Assembly (NCBI GenBank): GCA_022813965.1
Contig: JALDZS010000033.1
Span: 1-64,000 of the forward strand
Reading direction: 5' to 3'
Source: Toensbergia leucococca
Lineage: Eukaryota
DNA: 64,000 nucleotides
A program made the position numbers and the translations under genes. This document shows, one piece after another, positions 37,160 through 51,100 of this stretch (position 1 is its first letter; each line of letters opens with the position of its first letter). Under the pieces are notes generated by a model. That model made no database searches. It was not told where the DNA came from and saw nothing but the letters and a program-made list of their open reading frames with translations.

Positions 37160-40048
37160 ATGGCCATCGTCAGCCCACAGACACCAGTTGGCGCAGAAGA
37201 GTTGAAGGCTCCGCTGCTAACACCTGATCATATGGATCTAGATGTAGATTCCCAAAGGTCGGTTCACCTTCTTCTTATATGATTCTCACTTTTCTAAAGT
37301 CGTGTATTTATCAGTTGTCTCTTTAGAGGCGCAATGCAAAACGGCCATACTCTTAAAGACTCCTACCCTGACCCAGTCGTACATTCCACCGACACAACAG
37401 AATCATCGCAAAACTACGGTCCAGAAATCAACGTACCAAATGGCGTCAATGACTTGGTGGAACCTTCTCATGAAACTTCTAGCGTGCCCGAAGAACCTAC
37501 GATACCTACATCGTACGGTGAGAGTATCAAGTCGAACTTACCGCCAAACACACTTCCACTTCAGGATTTTGCTCTTCATCCTGTAATTGTAGCCGATGAC
37601 AATAACTTCGATTCAATACCTTCAATACTACAACCACCAACATCAGATTTGCGTGAAGAAAAGGGACTAATCAACATCAAGCCATCATCAGAGTTGGAGG
37701 CGCATGGGCAGCAGCAAGAGTTAGAGCAGGACTCCCTTCCAATTAACGGCGTCGCACATGAAACGAATAAGCAAAGTATGAGCGCGCCTCAGCCCGAACC
37801 TGAATCCATAAATCACTTTGTGAGTAACGAGCAGGATATGAACCGTTCACTTACGGTCGTTACCCCGCCTTCTATCTCTACGACCGAATTGCCATATCAC
37901 CCACCAACAGCTATGTCGCAAGATGCAGAAATGGACGCGCCAATAGATACTGCGACATCGCCAGCGATCCCTGAATCAACCTTTTCGGCGATTGACCATC
38001 CTATGCAAGATGTGCCTCGTTCACCAGGGAAGATAGCCCGGGATCGTGAAGACGAAGACGACGGCATGGAGGATGGGCCAGCCGCAAAACGCTTTAGGAC
38101 TGACAAAGATGCGTCATCCGCACCTGAATTTAAGGTGCCTGAACTGCCGTCTATTGAGACTAATGTCAACGGCGCACATCTCGATGAGCGCAAATTGGAT
38201 TCGTCCTTGTCGATTACAAAGCCACAGCAAAAGTTTCTCCTCAAGGGAATACAAACCATGAAGCGCATGAAAGAAGCTCATTCATTCCTTAGGCCTGTAG
38301 ACATTGAGGCGCTGAACATACCAAATTACCCGAGCATCATCACCAAGCCCATGGATTTGAGGACTCTGGAGGAAAAGCTAAAGGAAGGAATATATCCATC
38401 AGTTGATGCATATGTTGCGGACTTCAACCAGATAATCCAAAATTCGGTTACCTTCAATGGTGCAGAACATTTGGTCACGATGGCGGGTTACGTCGTAAAA
38501 GCAACGTTCGACAAGCAGATGAAGAATCTACCTGGGCCAGATATCGTTGAACCTACTCCTGCAGAGCGAAAATCAAAGAAAGCATTCGCTCACACGTCTG
38601 TAAAGCCTGTTCCATCTCGCCGAGAGTCGAGATCTTCCCTTCCTGCAAGCGCACGCTCGCCCATTACGGCTGGCTCCCCACAGACGTTTGCATTAGGTCC
38701 CCAAGGCGTACCATTGATTCGTCGCGACTCCACAGTTGGGGATGGCCGTCCGAAACGCGAGATCCATCCTCCACCTCCGCGCGATCTTCCGTATGCCAAC
38801 CAGAAGCCTAAGAAGAAGAAGTATCAATGGGAATTGAAATTTTGCCAAGTCGTCATAAATGAATTGAAAAAGCCGAAATTCCAAGTCATTGGCCATCCAT
38901 TTATGCAAGCTGTTGATCCTGTTGCATTGAACATACCACATTACCACAAAGTCATAAAGAAGCCAATGGACCTTGGCACAATAAGTATAAAGCTCAATCA
39001 AGGCGAGTATGAGAGTGCAAAGGAGTTTGAAGCAGACGTACGCTTGATGTTCCAAAATTGCTATAAATTTAATCCTGCTTCAGACCCTATTCATGGTATG
39101 GGCAAACAATTCGAAACCGTCTTCGATGATCAGTGGGCCGAAAAGCGGCAGTGGGTAGAGGATCATGCGCCAGGATCTGCGGGGCAAACTCCCGGTAGTT
39201 CCCCAGAGCCCGATTATGAGGAGGATGAGGAAGATGAAGAGGAGGAAGTGGAAGAAGAACAGAACCAGCTCACGAAACTGCAGGAGCAGATTGCAGCCAT
39301 GTCTAGACAAGTTGAAATGATTCAGAAGAAAAAGTCGTCCCCTCCTGCGCTTAACAAGAAGGCTACCAAAGGTGGAAAGCCTGTGAAGAAGGAGACTAAA
39401 AAGAGTGTTCCTGCTGCTCCTGTCAAGCACGAAAAGAAAGCTCCATCAAGGCCAGCGAAAAAAGAGAAATTGACGTATGTAACATACGAGCAAAAGCAAG
39501 ACATATCCAATCGAATCAATAGTCTACCAGAATCGAGAATGTCAACTGCGCTTAAGATCATTCGTGATAATATGCCCAACTTGAAGGTATTTCATTCTAC
39601 TGGGAACTAATTCTCAGTTTCCCACGACATAACGGAAGGTGGGACTGACAGCATACAGGGTGTGCAAGAAGATGAACTAGAGCTTGACATTGACGAGCTC
39701 TCTAATGAAGTCCTCCACAAGCTCCTAGCGTTTGTGCGAAAGTATGCGCCTCGGCCAGATGATTCTCCCCCTCGTCAGGCCGCTACTTCAGCCCCTAGCG
39801 CTGCAGCGCGTCCGAAGAAGAACAAGCCCATGAGTAAACACGAGCAAGAAGCACAAATCGAGCAGGTTAGGGGGAAGTTGTCTGCCTTCCAGAATCCAGG
39901 TTCTGACGAAGCGCCTGAAACTTGTACGCTGCAATTACCAGATGAAGCAAGACAGCATGATACTGACTGTTTTACAGATAGTGGCATGGTACCAGCGAAT
40001 GATACAAGTGGGGACGAGGATGATAGTGAAGAGAGCGAGGAGGAGTGA
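37160..40048 (+). CDS. BDF1: BET-family double bromodomain plus ET domain protein, 4 exons
   Basis: BD1 FLRPVDIEALNIPNYPSIITKPMDL, BD2 PFMQAVDPVALNIPHYHKVIKKPMDLGTI..NCYKFN, ET domain VTYEQKQDISNRINSL..ELELDIDELSNEVL, and a SEED-like acidic tail. Confidence 0.95.
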
Positions 40049-40965
40049 AGCCTCTCGTCACCTCGGAATGACTCTTCTTCCGCCGGACCCACGAACATAA
40101 GCATTTACTCTCATGTAGCTTATGCTACTTCATCATTTCTTTCCTGTTTGGTATCGAATACAAGGTTGTGTTCTAGCGTGTGCTTTTAGATGGCGTGAGA
40201 AGGGAAACTTTTACGAAGGATATTTGCTCAGGGCAAGGCTGCTGCAGACAGACAGACATATTCTTTGGGTGAGCGGTAGTAGTGGTTTTCGCTGAGATGC
40301 TCGGCGAAGCGAAAATGTAACAGATATTGAGGTGCTTTTGGTGGAGGCTGGGAGAGATCAGTAAGGTAATTTAGCTTTGAGCCTCTCGATGAACGCTAGC
40401 CATGTGGCACTCGTTGAGAGTTGAGACTTGAGACTTGAAATATGGGTCTACCTAAGATGAGGGAAGAGCGTCAGAAACTAAGCTGGTGACTTCTGGAGCT
40501 TTTCTTCAGGGACTATGCAATATTGCTGCCGTGAATCTGCTGAGGCTCAAAAGCAGGCATTTTGAGATCTATACCTACTTCCACCGACACTCGTTTCTCT
40601 AACGGAAAGTCCATCAATGGCTGTCAAAAATTAATGGACGGATTGGCGAGGGTTGATCACCGTCACGCCATGGAGGACGTGGCACTTCGTCGTCCTCCTC
40701 CTCCTCGTGGACACCCTGCGTCTGCATTGGGGAGAATCAAACACTGTACCCCCTATCTCGGTACCTTATTGTGTACTCATGAATGCTTTTGTGACTGTGT
40801 TTGTGTTTGCCAGCAGCAAGACTGTCTTAATAGTAGTAAGTAAAATTCCTTCTCCGCCTGTTCACTATTTCATACTTCACCTGAGCTTTCACTCACTCAC
40901 TCACTCGGAATCGTGATCTTTCTTTCATGTGCTTAGATAAAAGCAGCCCTGCTCCTTAAAGCCGC

Positions 40966-41129
40966 TACTCGTGTTTACCAGGTGCCTGGAAACGACACAC
41001 ACTCTGGGTTATGAAACACCTAACTGGATTCGGAGCACCAAAAATCCCATGTCTGGAAGTTAGGATAGTGCTCTGAATCCAGTAAAGTGTTTCATAACCC
41101 AGTGTGTCGATTCCCGGTAAACATGAGTA
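40966..41129. repeat. 164-bp imperfect inverted repeat (foldback) bounded by TA; MITE-like or hairpin-RNA locus
   Basis: Left arm 40966-41038 is the near reverse complement of right arm 41068-41129, around a 29-nt loop. Ends are TA-CTCGTGTTTACC and GGTAAACATGAG-TA. Confidence 0.8.
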
Positions 41130-42326
41130 TCAAAACGTCAGTGCTATCCTTGACCTAACCGTTTATCTCATTTAAAACAACCCATCTTTCACTTAGGTCT
41201 CTGAACAGTTTTCAAGAGAGTCGTAGAACATGGATAGACCTCATGCGTCAAGGAAAAGCGCTCTTTCGTAAAATAGAAAACAGCACTATAATGCTTCAAA
41301 GGGAATTGCGACTGGATGCCGGTAAAGACTATCAGCTGTTCTCAAGTTCTCAGAATAGGCAGAGAAAGACGAGACATCTGTACGGCCGCGGAGCGACTAA
41401 TGTTCTTCCGACTCTTAAGTCTCCCAATTTTCAACAACAACCATCCACCAAGTACATTTCACAAACGCCACTGAGGGGGAACAAGCATCTAGGAGCTGAG
41501 AACAGTATCTTTGATTCCCTCAAGTATAGAAGAGGATTATAATTGGCCAACGATGCTCTAGACCTCTCACACCATCTGCTCCACCAGACCACCTCCTTAT
41601 CTCGTCTCTCCTCCTCCCCCCCTCTCTTTCATCCTCTCCTACTCCTTTCTCTTCCGCTACAACTTGAGAAAGCGAGCGGAAGCTGTCTTCCGAGTGCATG
41701 TATTGCAGTAAGTTCGATTGTGTTTGCACCTGGAAGTGGTGGAATGTTCGACCTGCATCATTCATGCGGATTAGACGTTTTAAAGGACGAGCATTGTTGC
41801 TTTGAAGTGACAAAGAAATGTTATTCCAAGCACGGGCGAGGGTGGGTGCACAAGGGTTTGGGACAAAGCATTGTATGTTGCATAACGGTTCTCTCTCTCT
41901 CTCTCGCCCCTTGGACAACGGGAAATCGACAATGGCGATTTAGGGCTTCATACAGCACCCATCAATCCCAATTGCCCCCTTCATCCCATCTCCCACCCCA
42001 CCAACCCATGAACCCTCTCCAATATCCAACCCAAACCTCCAACATATAAAAAATCATGATTGCCCTCCTTCATAGATTTCTTCATTCTTTGTATGATTCC
42101 AAGGTAGATCCCAAAACATCAGTACTGTCACTGCATCTTCGTTGCAGACAGAGCATGGACCCGACTTTGAAGGCTCCTCATCTGCTTCTTTGCAGTGCTC
42201 CTAACCCCAGATCATCTTTTCCCCTCCCCCCCCCCACTTCCTGAAAGAAGACGCAGCGATCCATCAAGTAAAAATCATGATCAAAAACCAGAGAATTAGA
42301 GAGACTTAGCAATTTCCCAAGGCTAT

Positions 42327-43050
42327 TCATAATTGATAGTTCAGTGAAAAGCAGGAAGCAGGACAGTAAGGACACATTCTAGGTATCGGTACTGCGTCTG
42401 AAGTCGCGAACCAAGTCTCAATGCAAGTCATAGAGAATTGATGATTGCATCGCAAGGTAATGCTGATCCCACTCGCCATCATGTCTTGAGAGCTAGTTAG
42501 GCAGTCGACATCTTCCTCCATGGCAACTTGCTCTTCTGACATGATGGTAATGCTGATTCCAAGCACAATGTCCTGATAAGGGCGGAACCAACCGAAATCC
42601 TTCTCTGCGTTGATTTCCCCCCCATCCTCTGAACAGCGTCCTGCCACTCTTCAATCTCTAGATCAGGCTCAATAGTGCTGTCTGGAGTATAAGCTGTCTG
42701 CTCTATTTCTTCCATCTCAAAGATACCATTCTGGATTATGACATTCGGCATGGCAGCAGCAATTTCCTCCATCGCTTCTTCATCCGTCATCTGATAACCT
42801 GTATGCACTGTTTCTTCCGTCTCATGGTACCGTTCCTGGTCATAACAGCGGTGATTTCATCCACTATGTTAGCAGCAATATACTCCGTCGCTTCTTCATC
42901 CGTCATCCGAGAAGTTATAAAGGCACCCGAGATGAGATTGCTGAAGTCTCTGATTGGTTCTGAGACGTTTGTTTTATGGTTCTTGAAAGCGAGCTTGGGC
43001 GCAGCGTAGGTGTTCTGGGAAGAGCGAGGTTGCGAATGATATCGTTCCAT
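42327..43050 (-). pseudogene. Frameshifted relic of a RING-finger protein gene with internal duplications
   Basis: Three consecutive minus-strand ORF pieces (42787-43050, 42497-42808, 42327-42647) overlap in shifted frames. The last carries ITLRCNHQFSMTCIETWF..CPYC, with the first CxxC degraded to CLTS. Confidence 0.5.
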
Positions 43051-43534
43051 TCTTCAGGGGTTCGAACGTCAGAGAGAGATCGATACATCATTGATAAAGA
43101 TGCAAACCGATCTTAGAAGAAGATAGACAGAGCTTTGAACGAAGAACAAGACCTTTCAATAGAGAATCTTTGAAAGAAGAATAAGATTGTACTCTCCCCT
43201 TGTCTTTCTTCAATGCTATCCTCATTGTTCATAGTCCATAGAAACACTTTTCTTTCTTCTCTTTGTAAGCATTCATTCTCATGGACGTCGAGGCTGGGTA
43301 CTGCCAAAAGACAGCCTGACTAGAAAGATCCAGAACTCGGCCTGCCATTCCAACTTCTCTTTATTCGGTATTACCCGCCGCCTAGACACCTAATTTTCAT
43401 CAATAATTATATAAGCTCTCATGCAGCTCACCATCCAGTCTCATAGCCTTCTTCCCTCCCTCAACCACACAAACTTTCACCTGCTTTCTCCCACTCAAGA
43501 ACATTACCCAAATACTAAGACTAAGAATCTCGAC

Positions 43535-43777
43535 ATGTGCACCGAAGCCGAAATTCGCCACCGTTGCGGCTGCCTCTTGCGTCGAGACTTCTACGCTTGC
43601 AACAGAAAATGCAGCAACGTTCCAATCCGCGTTGTCTATATCCGTGATCCATGTAGTCGATGCAATAGGCGAGATAATAGACAGCCATGGATGCAACATC
43701 AGGGGGAACGAGCGTATGACGCCCATCGGGATGAATGGTTGCAAAGTTGGACTCACGACTGCCCTGAGAAACTTTGA
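43535..43777 (+). CDS. Small 80-aa Cys-rich protein (MCTEAEIRHRCGC...C...C...CSRC), putative Zn-binding
   Basis: ATG at 43535 in GACATG context, TATATAA near 43409, and a pyrimidine-rich leader. Seven Cys lie in the first 43 aa. No signal peptide. Confidence 0.6.
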   Translation: MCTEAEIRHRCGCLLRRDFYACNRKCSNVPIRVVYIRDPCSRCNRRDNRQPWMQHQGERAYDAHRDEWLQSWTHDCPEKL

Positions 43778-44634
43778 ATACGTACTTGTCTCCGTTCTTT
43801 TCTTCTATCCATGTGGTTTTCTTTCAGTTCCAGAAATATAGCAGAATACATTCTCTTGAGCAATACAAAATCGGTCCGAACCTGAGCATTTCTGGACTTT
43901 GTGAAGGCGCGAATTGTTTCGCAAATAATGCGTACATGATGAGATGAATTGCGAAGCAAAAATCTAGTTTTTCTGACATTCAGATATGATGGCTACTTGT
44001 TGCAGAAAAATGCGAGTGACGAAGGCCTCTGAGTCCGACGCAGGTGAGATTCATCAATGCTCTGAGCATCACCCATTCAGAGATAGTTTTCAGTCAGTTG
44101 GGTCGGGAAGGATCCAAAGCATCAGACACAGGTGGGTCTTTGAGGTCATATGCATGATCATATAATCCCATGTGATTGAAAAGAACAGACGATTCAGATA
44201 ATTGAAGGGCCCTGAGAAACCGCTGTAGGAAGGAGGGATGGTCCCAACTTGATGTTGATAGATCGGAGAAAGAAACATTGACGGAGAGTATTTCCGATAT
44301 GGATCTAAGAGACTAGATGGACAGGTTATCAAACAGATTTTCTTGTCATATTAGTAGGCTGGATCAGTCGCTGTTGCTTGTACGGATATGGCTCTTGAGT
44401 TGTGGTGTTCGAGGATGATTTGACATCGCTTTAATGTAAATTTATAGTGGAATACGGAGCGCTAAGTTTCTCCGTACCGACCAAGATATTTACGCGTCTA
44501 CTCCAGGCGTTCCAGGTAATTATCCAAACGGCTATTGCAGGCACAAAATCCCATTCAACCTCCTTCTACAACCTTCTGTAGGTGCCAAACCAGGAGCTAG
44601 TAAGGCTGCTTCAAGACTCTGCTGTAAAACCGCA

Positions 44635-46170
<1,536 letters not shown>

Positions 46171-46960
46171 CAGAATTTTAGAAAAAGTTAAACTTTCTGG
46201 CGGCGTTCCAACCATTCTGGATCGGAGACGAGTGCATGGAGTTCCCGACAGATATCTGTGAATGTGTCACTTTATCGAACCAATTGCGCTCTTCGCGGCA
46301 CACTTTCAGGGGTTGTACGATGATGTGCTCCAGTCACAAGGACGATTGTTCTGTTGCTCAATGCAACCGAGACACGCAGGATGGTGCGAACCCTGGACAG
46401 CATTAGCTGATACTGAATCATAAGTCCCATGTCCGCAGCAATTTGAGGTCCACCAGGCATCGATCAAGCCATCCGGCCTTCAGAGTAGCGCAGATAGTCG
46501 TCAAGGATGTAGCAGCCACCATGGGAAAGTCATTAGGCTAGATGAGACGTAAATTCAACAGTGATTACCTCAAAGTCTACATCTAATCCAGCTCATCCCA
46601 AGATACGATTTGATACGATCTCTACAATCATGAGTTCCCTTCCCTTTCAAGTCTCCTCTTCCTCACTCCCCTTGGCACACCCCAACCTCCGTCTTTTCCC
46701 CCAGTCCAATCTCCCGTGTTCCTTCCCCATTTCAAGATTCGCTGAGGCTGCTGCCGACGGAACGAGCGTTCTCAAAATCCGCCCTGGCCGCATCCGCTCA
46801 ACTTCTTAGTCAAGTTGCAACAAACGTGACGACGTAGCTGCAATAGGGAATCGTCACATGCCTTGACGACCATATCAGGACCAGAGATCCAGAGCGTAGA
46901 ACGAGAGAACCAGTCCGCACAAGTAGGTCGTCGGTGTCCGCTCGTTATCGGTCTCCAGCC

Positions 46961-47740
46961 TCACCCTCCCCCTTCCCTCACCTCCCTCAACAACCCCACA
47001 ACCCACTCCGCACACCTCTCAATCCCCCACTCCCCACCCCCAGGAACAACCCTAACGCCCACCCTCCCCGCCACCCCCTCATCAACCCGCGCCTCCACCT
47101 CCCCCGCCTCAAACAAAAACCCATGCTCCTCCACAAACCCCGCCCACACAACCTCCTCAACATACCCCTCCGGATCCCTCCAAAACCCCTCACTGGTAAC
47201 ATACCCCCCCCTCTCCCTCCGCCGCCTCACCAAAACCTCCAACCCCACCCGCAGCAAAACCCGCACATCGAACAGCTCCCGCAGCCCCGCAGGCACAGAG
47301 GCTCCAAACAGCAAAAACCCATCCACAATCACCAAGCCCCTCCCACCCCCCGCCGCCGCCGCCTCCTCCAACAACCCCCCACCATCACCACCACCACCAC
47401 CACCCTCGTTCGAGAGCCCCCTCAACCTCTCAACAACCTCCGCCCCAAACTCCCCCTCCCCCATATCCCCATCCTCCTCTTTGCTCACCAAGCCCGGCGG
47501 CAGGCGCCCCGTCTCGCGCACGTGCTTCACCGCGGCCGTGAAGGCGTCCATGTCGATCGCGGCCGCGCAGTCCCAGTCGCGCATGCCGGCGCGCAGGGGC
47601 AGCTGCGATTCGGGGCGGTAGAAATCGTCTTGGTGGAGGATTGGGGTGGTGGGGTAGACGCGGCGCAGGAGGCGGGAGAGGGTTGTTTTGCCGCTGCTGG
47701 AGCAGCCTGAGAGGGCGAGGATGAGGGGGCGGGGGGGCAT
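46961..47740 (-). CDS. NRK1: Nicotinamide riboside kinase
   Basis: P-loop LSGCSSSGKTTL, ILHQDDFY, DWDCAAAID, IVDGFLLF and RRRERGGYVT.EGFWRDPEGYVEEVVW. Intronless. Confidence 0.88.
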   Translation of the reverse strand: MPPRPLILALSGCSSSGKTTLSRLLRRVYPTTPILHQDDFYRPESQLPLRAGMRDWDCAAAIDMDAFTAAVKHVRETGRLPPGLVSKEEDGDMGEGEFGAEVVERLRGLSNEGGGGGGDGGGLLEEAAAAGGGRGLVIVDGFLLFGASVPAGLRELFDVRVLLRVGLEVLVRRRRERGGYVTSEGFWRDPEGYVEEVVWAGFVEEHGFLFEAGEVEARVDEGVAGRVGVRVVPGGGEWGIERCAEWVVGLLREVREGGG

Positions 47741-48109
47741 TGTTTTTTTTGGTTTGGTTGTTTGGGGATTGGGTTGGTGTGGGAGGTGGGAGGTTTTTGG
47801 GTTTCGTGGTTTGCGATGGTGGGGATTGGGGTTTGAGAGGTGGTTTGCGAGTTTTGGTGAGGAGGGGTAAGGTTTGTGTATACTGGCTTTTCACTTTTGT
47901 TGCTATTTACTCCAGAGATGATACCCTGGTTTGTGATGGGATATTGTTGCACATAGAGAACAAGTACACGTACATTCTCAAATCCCACCTTACGCTCCTC
48001 CTTTTGTGTACCATAACATCGTTTGAAGCATCAATCGCGCACGCCCTAAACATGAAATGATGAAAGCCGCAAAACAATAGCCATACATAGTAAATTCACC
48101 CTTCACCCA

Positions 48110-51100
48110 TCAGATCGATATAAAAAAACTCTTCTCGCCCTCCCTCGGCTCAACAAGCGCCCTCTTGAGGATCGGATCACTGCAAGAAACACGAATCCTC
48201 TCAGGAGTTGCCGGGCTTTGCAGGTGCAACACTTCGTTCTCCCCATGTTGCTTCCTCGCCGCTCGCAACGCGTCTCGGATGGCAAAGAACACACTGCTTC
48301 CCATGAACAGAGGGGGCTCGCCAACGCCTCTTGATCTTTGGATAGTCCGCAGATTCTCCCATTCCACATCCTTGAGTAGACTGACATTGAACTCTTGTGG
48401 AATATCCCTGAAGCCAGGAATCTTGTATGTGCCAGGTCCACGTGTGAAGAGCTGCCCCGAGGCACGATGCCAAAGGCTCTCCTCGGTGGTGAAAAGACCT
48501 TGGCCCTGAACGAAGGCTCCTTCAATCTGACCGTAGTCAATGGCTGGGTTTATCGAACGGCCAACGTCCATCTTGATGTCTGCCCGTAGACAGGTCCAAT
48601 CACCAGTCAAGGTGTCGATTTCGACCTCAGCTGCAGTGACACCTTGAGTGAAGTAGAAGAACATTTGCCCGGTGTTAGGACCCCATACGTAGCCAATATC
48701 GGGAGTTTTATAGAAGCCATTCGCCGAGAGATTAACACGGTCGAAATAGGCCGCATGTGCTAGATCATGCATTGACGCATCTTTGCCCAACTTTTCTTTG
48801 TAAGGCGCAAGGCGTTCATTAAGCTGGTCACAGGCATTCTGAACGGCATACCCATTAAGATCGCTGGATGCAGACGCTGCGGTAGAAGAGGTATTAGCAA
48901 CAGTATTGGTGGCTGTCTCGGAAATGTATACGTTGCCCAGGGGTACGCCAAGGGCTTGAGCAGCGATCATGGTCATTTTGGTGTGCAAGCCTTGACCCAT
49001 CTCGGTTCCGCCATGAGCCACGAGAACCGAGCCGTCATGGTAAATATGAACCAGTGCACCAGCTTGATTAAGAAATATAGCAGTAAATGATATACCGAAC
49101 TTTGTTGGAATGATAGCGAGACCGCGTTTGTTCCATTTGTGAGAGATGTTGAAGTCCTCAACCGCTTTCCTACGTGTATCGTAATCGGACTCGTCAATGA
49201 CTTGCTGATACATAAGGGGTACATGCCAATCCTTGAGCTCTTGGTTGAAATGGGTGATCTCATTCGATTTGTAGAAATTGATCTCGCGAAGCCTTTCAAC
49301 TGACATCCCTAGGTGGTCTGCGATCTCCTCCATGTAAGACTCCGCAATGAACATGCCCTGTGGACCACCGAATCCTCGGAAAGCTGTGTTTGAAACCGTA
49401 TTCGTCTTCGCTAGACGGCCCCTAACATGAACGTTAGGAATGAGGTAGCATCCATCAATGTGTGACAACGCTCTATCGCCCACAGCCCCACTAAGGTCCT
49501 GACTCCATCCCGCGTTGCAGAAAACATCGGCGTCGAGGGCCTGGAGTTTTCCATCTTTGTTGACTGCGACCTTCCATCTTGCCAGGAAAGGGTGCCTTTG
49601 TCCGGATGTCATCATGTCTTCGTCTCGATTCAGCATGCACCGGACTGGTCTCTTTGTTTTCTTCGCAGCAATCGCGCATATTCCCGCGAGCTGAATAGAT
49701 CTTGTTTCTTTGCCACCAAACCCGCCACCGAGACGCTTTACTTTCGACACGATCTTATTGGCCTGTACACCCGTCACTTGAGCGACATACGCTTGTCTGT
49801 AAAGTGGTCAACAGGGAAGCACAGATTCATAGCTGAACGATGACACTTACGTCTCCGAAGGGTTTTGCGTGCTACTGTACACTTCCATTTCCCCTTCTTC
49901 TGGCTTGGGTACTACTACACAAGCCTGCGTTTCTAGATAGAAATGCTCCTGTCCGCCCATACGAACTATTCCAGAGAAAACATGATCTGCTTTTTCGAAC
50001 GCACCTTCAGCGTCCCCTTTGTTTATATAGCGAAAATGGGGGAGGTAGCTCTCTTTAGCGATGGCCTCCTCAATGGTGAAAATTGCTGGCAGCTCTTCAT
50101 ACTCAACCTTGACAGCCCTTGCCCCAGCCTCAGCATGTTTCGCAGAGTCAGCAAGAATCATGCCAATAGGTTGTCCCGCAGTGAAGACCTCGTCGACCGC
50201 CATGAACACCTCGTCACAATTAGGAGCACCCCACCAATTCGCGTCTGGGGTCGGTAAGTCATGGTGATCTACCCATTCCATCACGCCTGGTAGATCCATA
50301 GCTGGAGAGAAATCCACGCTCGGAAGCTTTGCATGAGCCTTGCTCGACAAGACCATGACACCGTACAACTCGTTCTTCTGCACTGGAATGTCATCGGTAT
50401 ACTGGGCTTCGCCGGTGCACTGTTTTAAGGCAGCGACATGCGGTTTCGGCTTTCCTAAGATGCTTTGCTCATAAGCTTGCGTGGCATCGTGGTCCTTCTT
50501 TCCGAAAGATATCGCACGTTCAATTTCTCTTTGAACGTCTTCGTCTATTTCTGCGTCAACGACCTTTAATTGTGAAAGGACCTCATGGTAGAATCTGTAG
50601 AAGAAGCCAAAAGCGAGAGATTTGCGGTATGTAGCCATTCCTCCTGGCACTCCAAAGCGGAGGTCAAAATCCTTCTCTAAAGCGTTCATGGCCCCCTCCA
50701 GGGTAGCAGGATCGTTCCATTTCTTTCCTAACAAATAAGCCACCGCTTCTTTGGCACTAACAGTAGTCGCTGCCATGCCGCCATAAACAAGATTCACGTT
50801 CTTGACACAATGATCATCATCAAGAGATACTCTTAACGCAGCGTTCACGATAGCTATATCGTCATCCTTGCGTTTAGACTGCTTGTAGGCCCGCAAAAAT
50901 TCTCCCTTTTCGCTAGAGAGAGGGACTTTTAGGCTGGCGATGATGGCATCCGGTGGAAGGGCGGTAGTCCTATAACCTTTGAAGAATTGCGACATGGGGA
51001 TCTCGGTTTCCTCTTCCAGCGATTTGGCAACAAGCATGGTATTAGTAGCAACAAAAACAGGATTTAAGTCCGAGATTGGGGACGCTGTAGCCAAGTTGCC

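Noticed and set aside
40562..42049. Several 87-168 aa ORFs on both strands around the hairpin
   Set aside because: Mostly non-ATG starts, no motifs, no consistent splice structure and no transposase similarity that I could recognise.
46863..47710. Long + strand Pro/Thr/Ser-rich ORFs (252 and 258 aa), and similar shadow ORFs over DSC3 and the HMG gene
   Set aside because: These are antisense or alternate-frame shadows caused by T/G depletion removing stop codons. The conserved motifs lie in the annotated frames.
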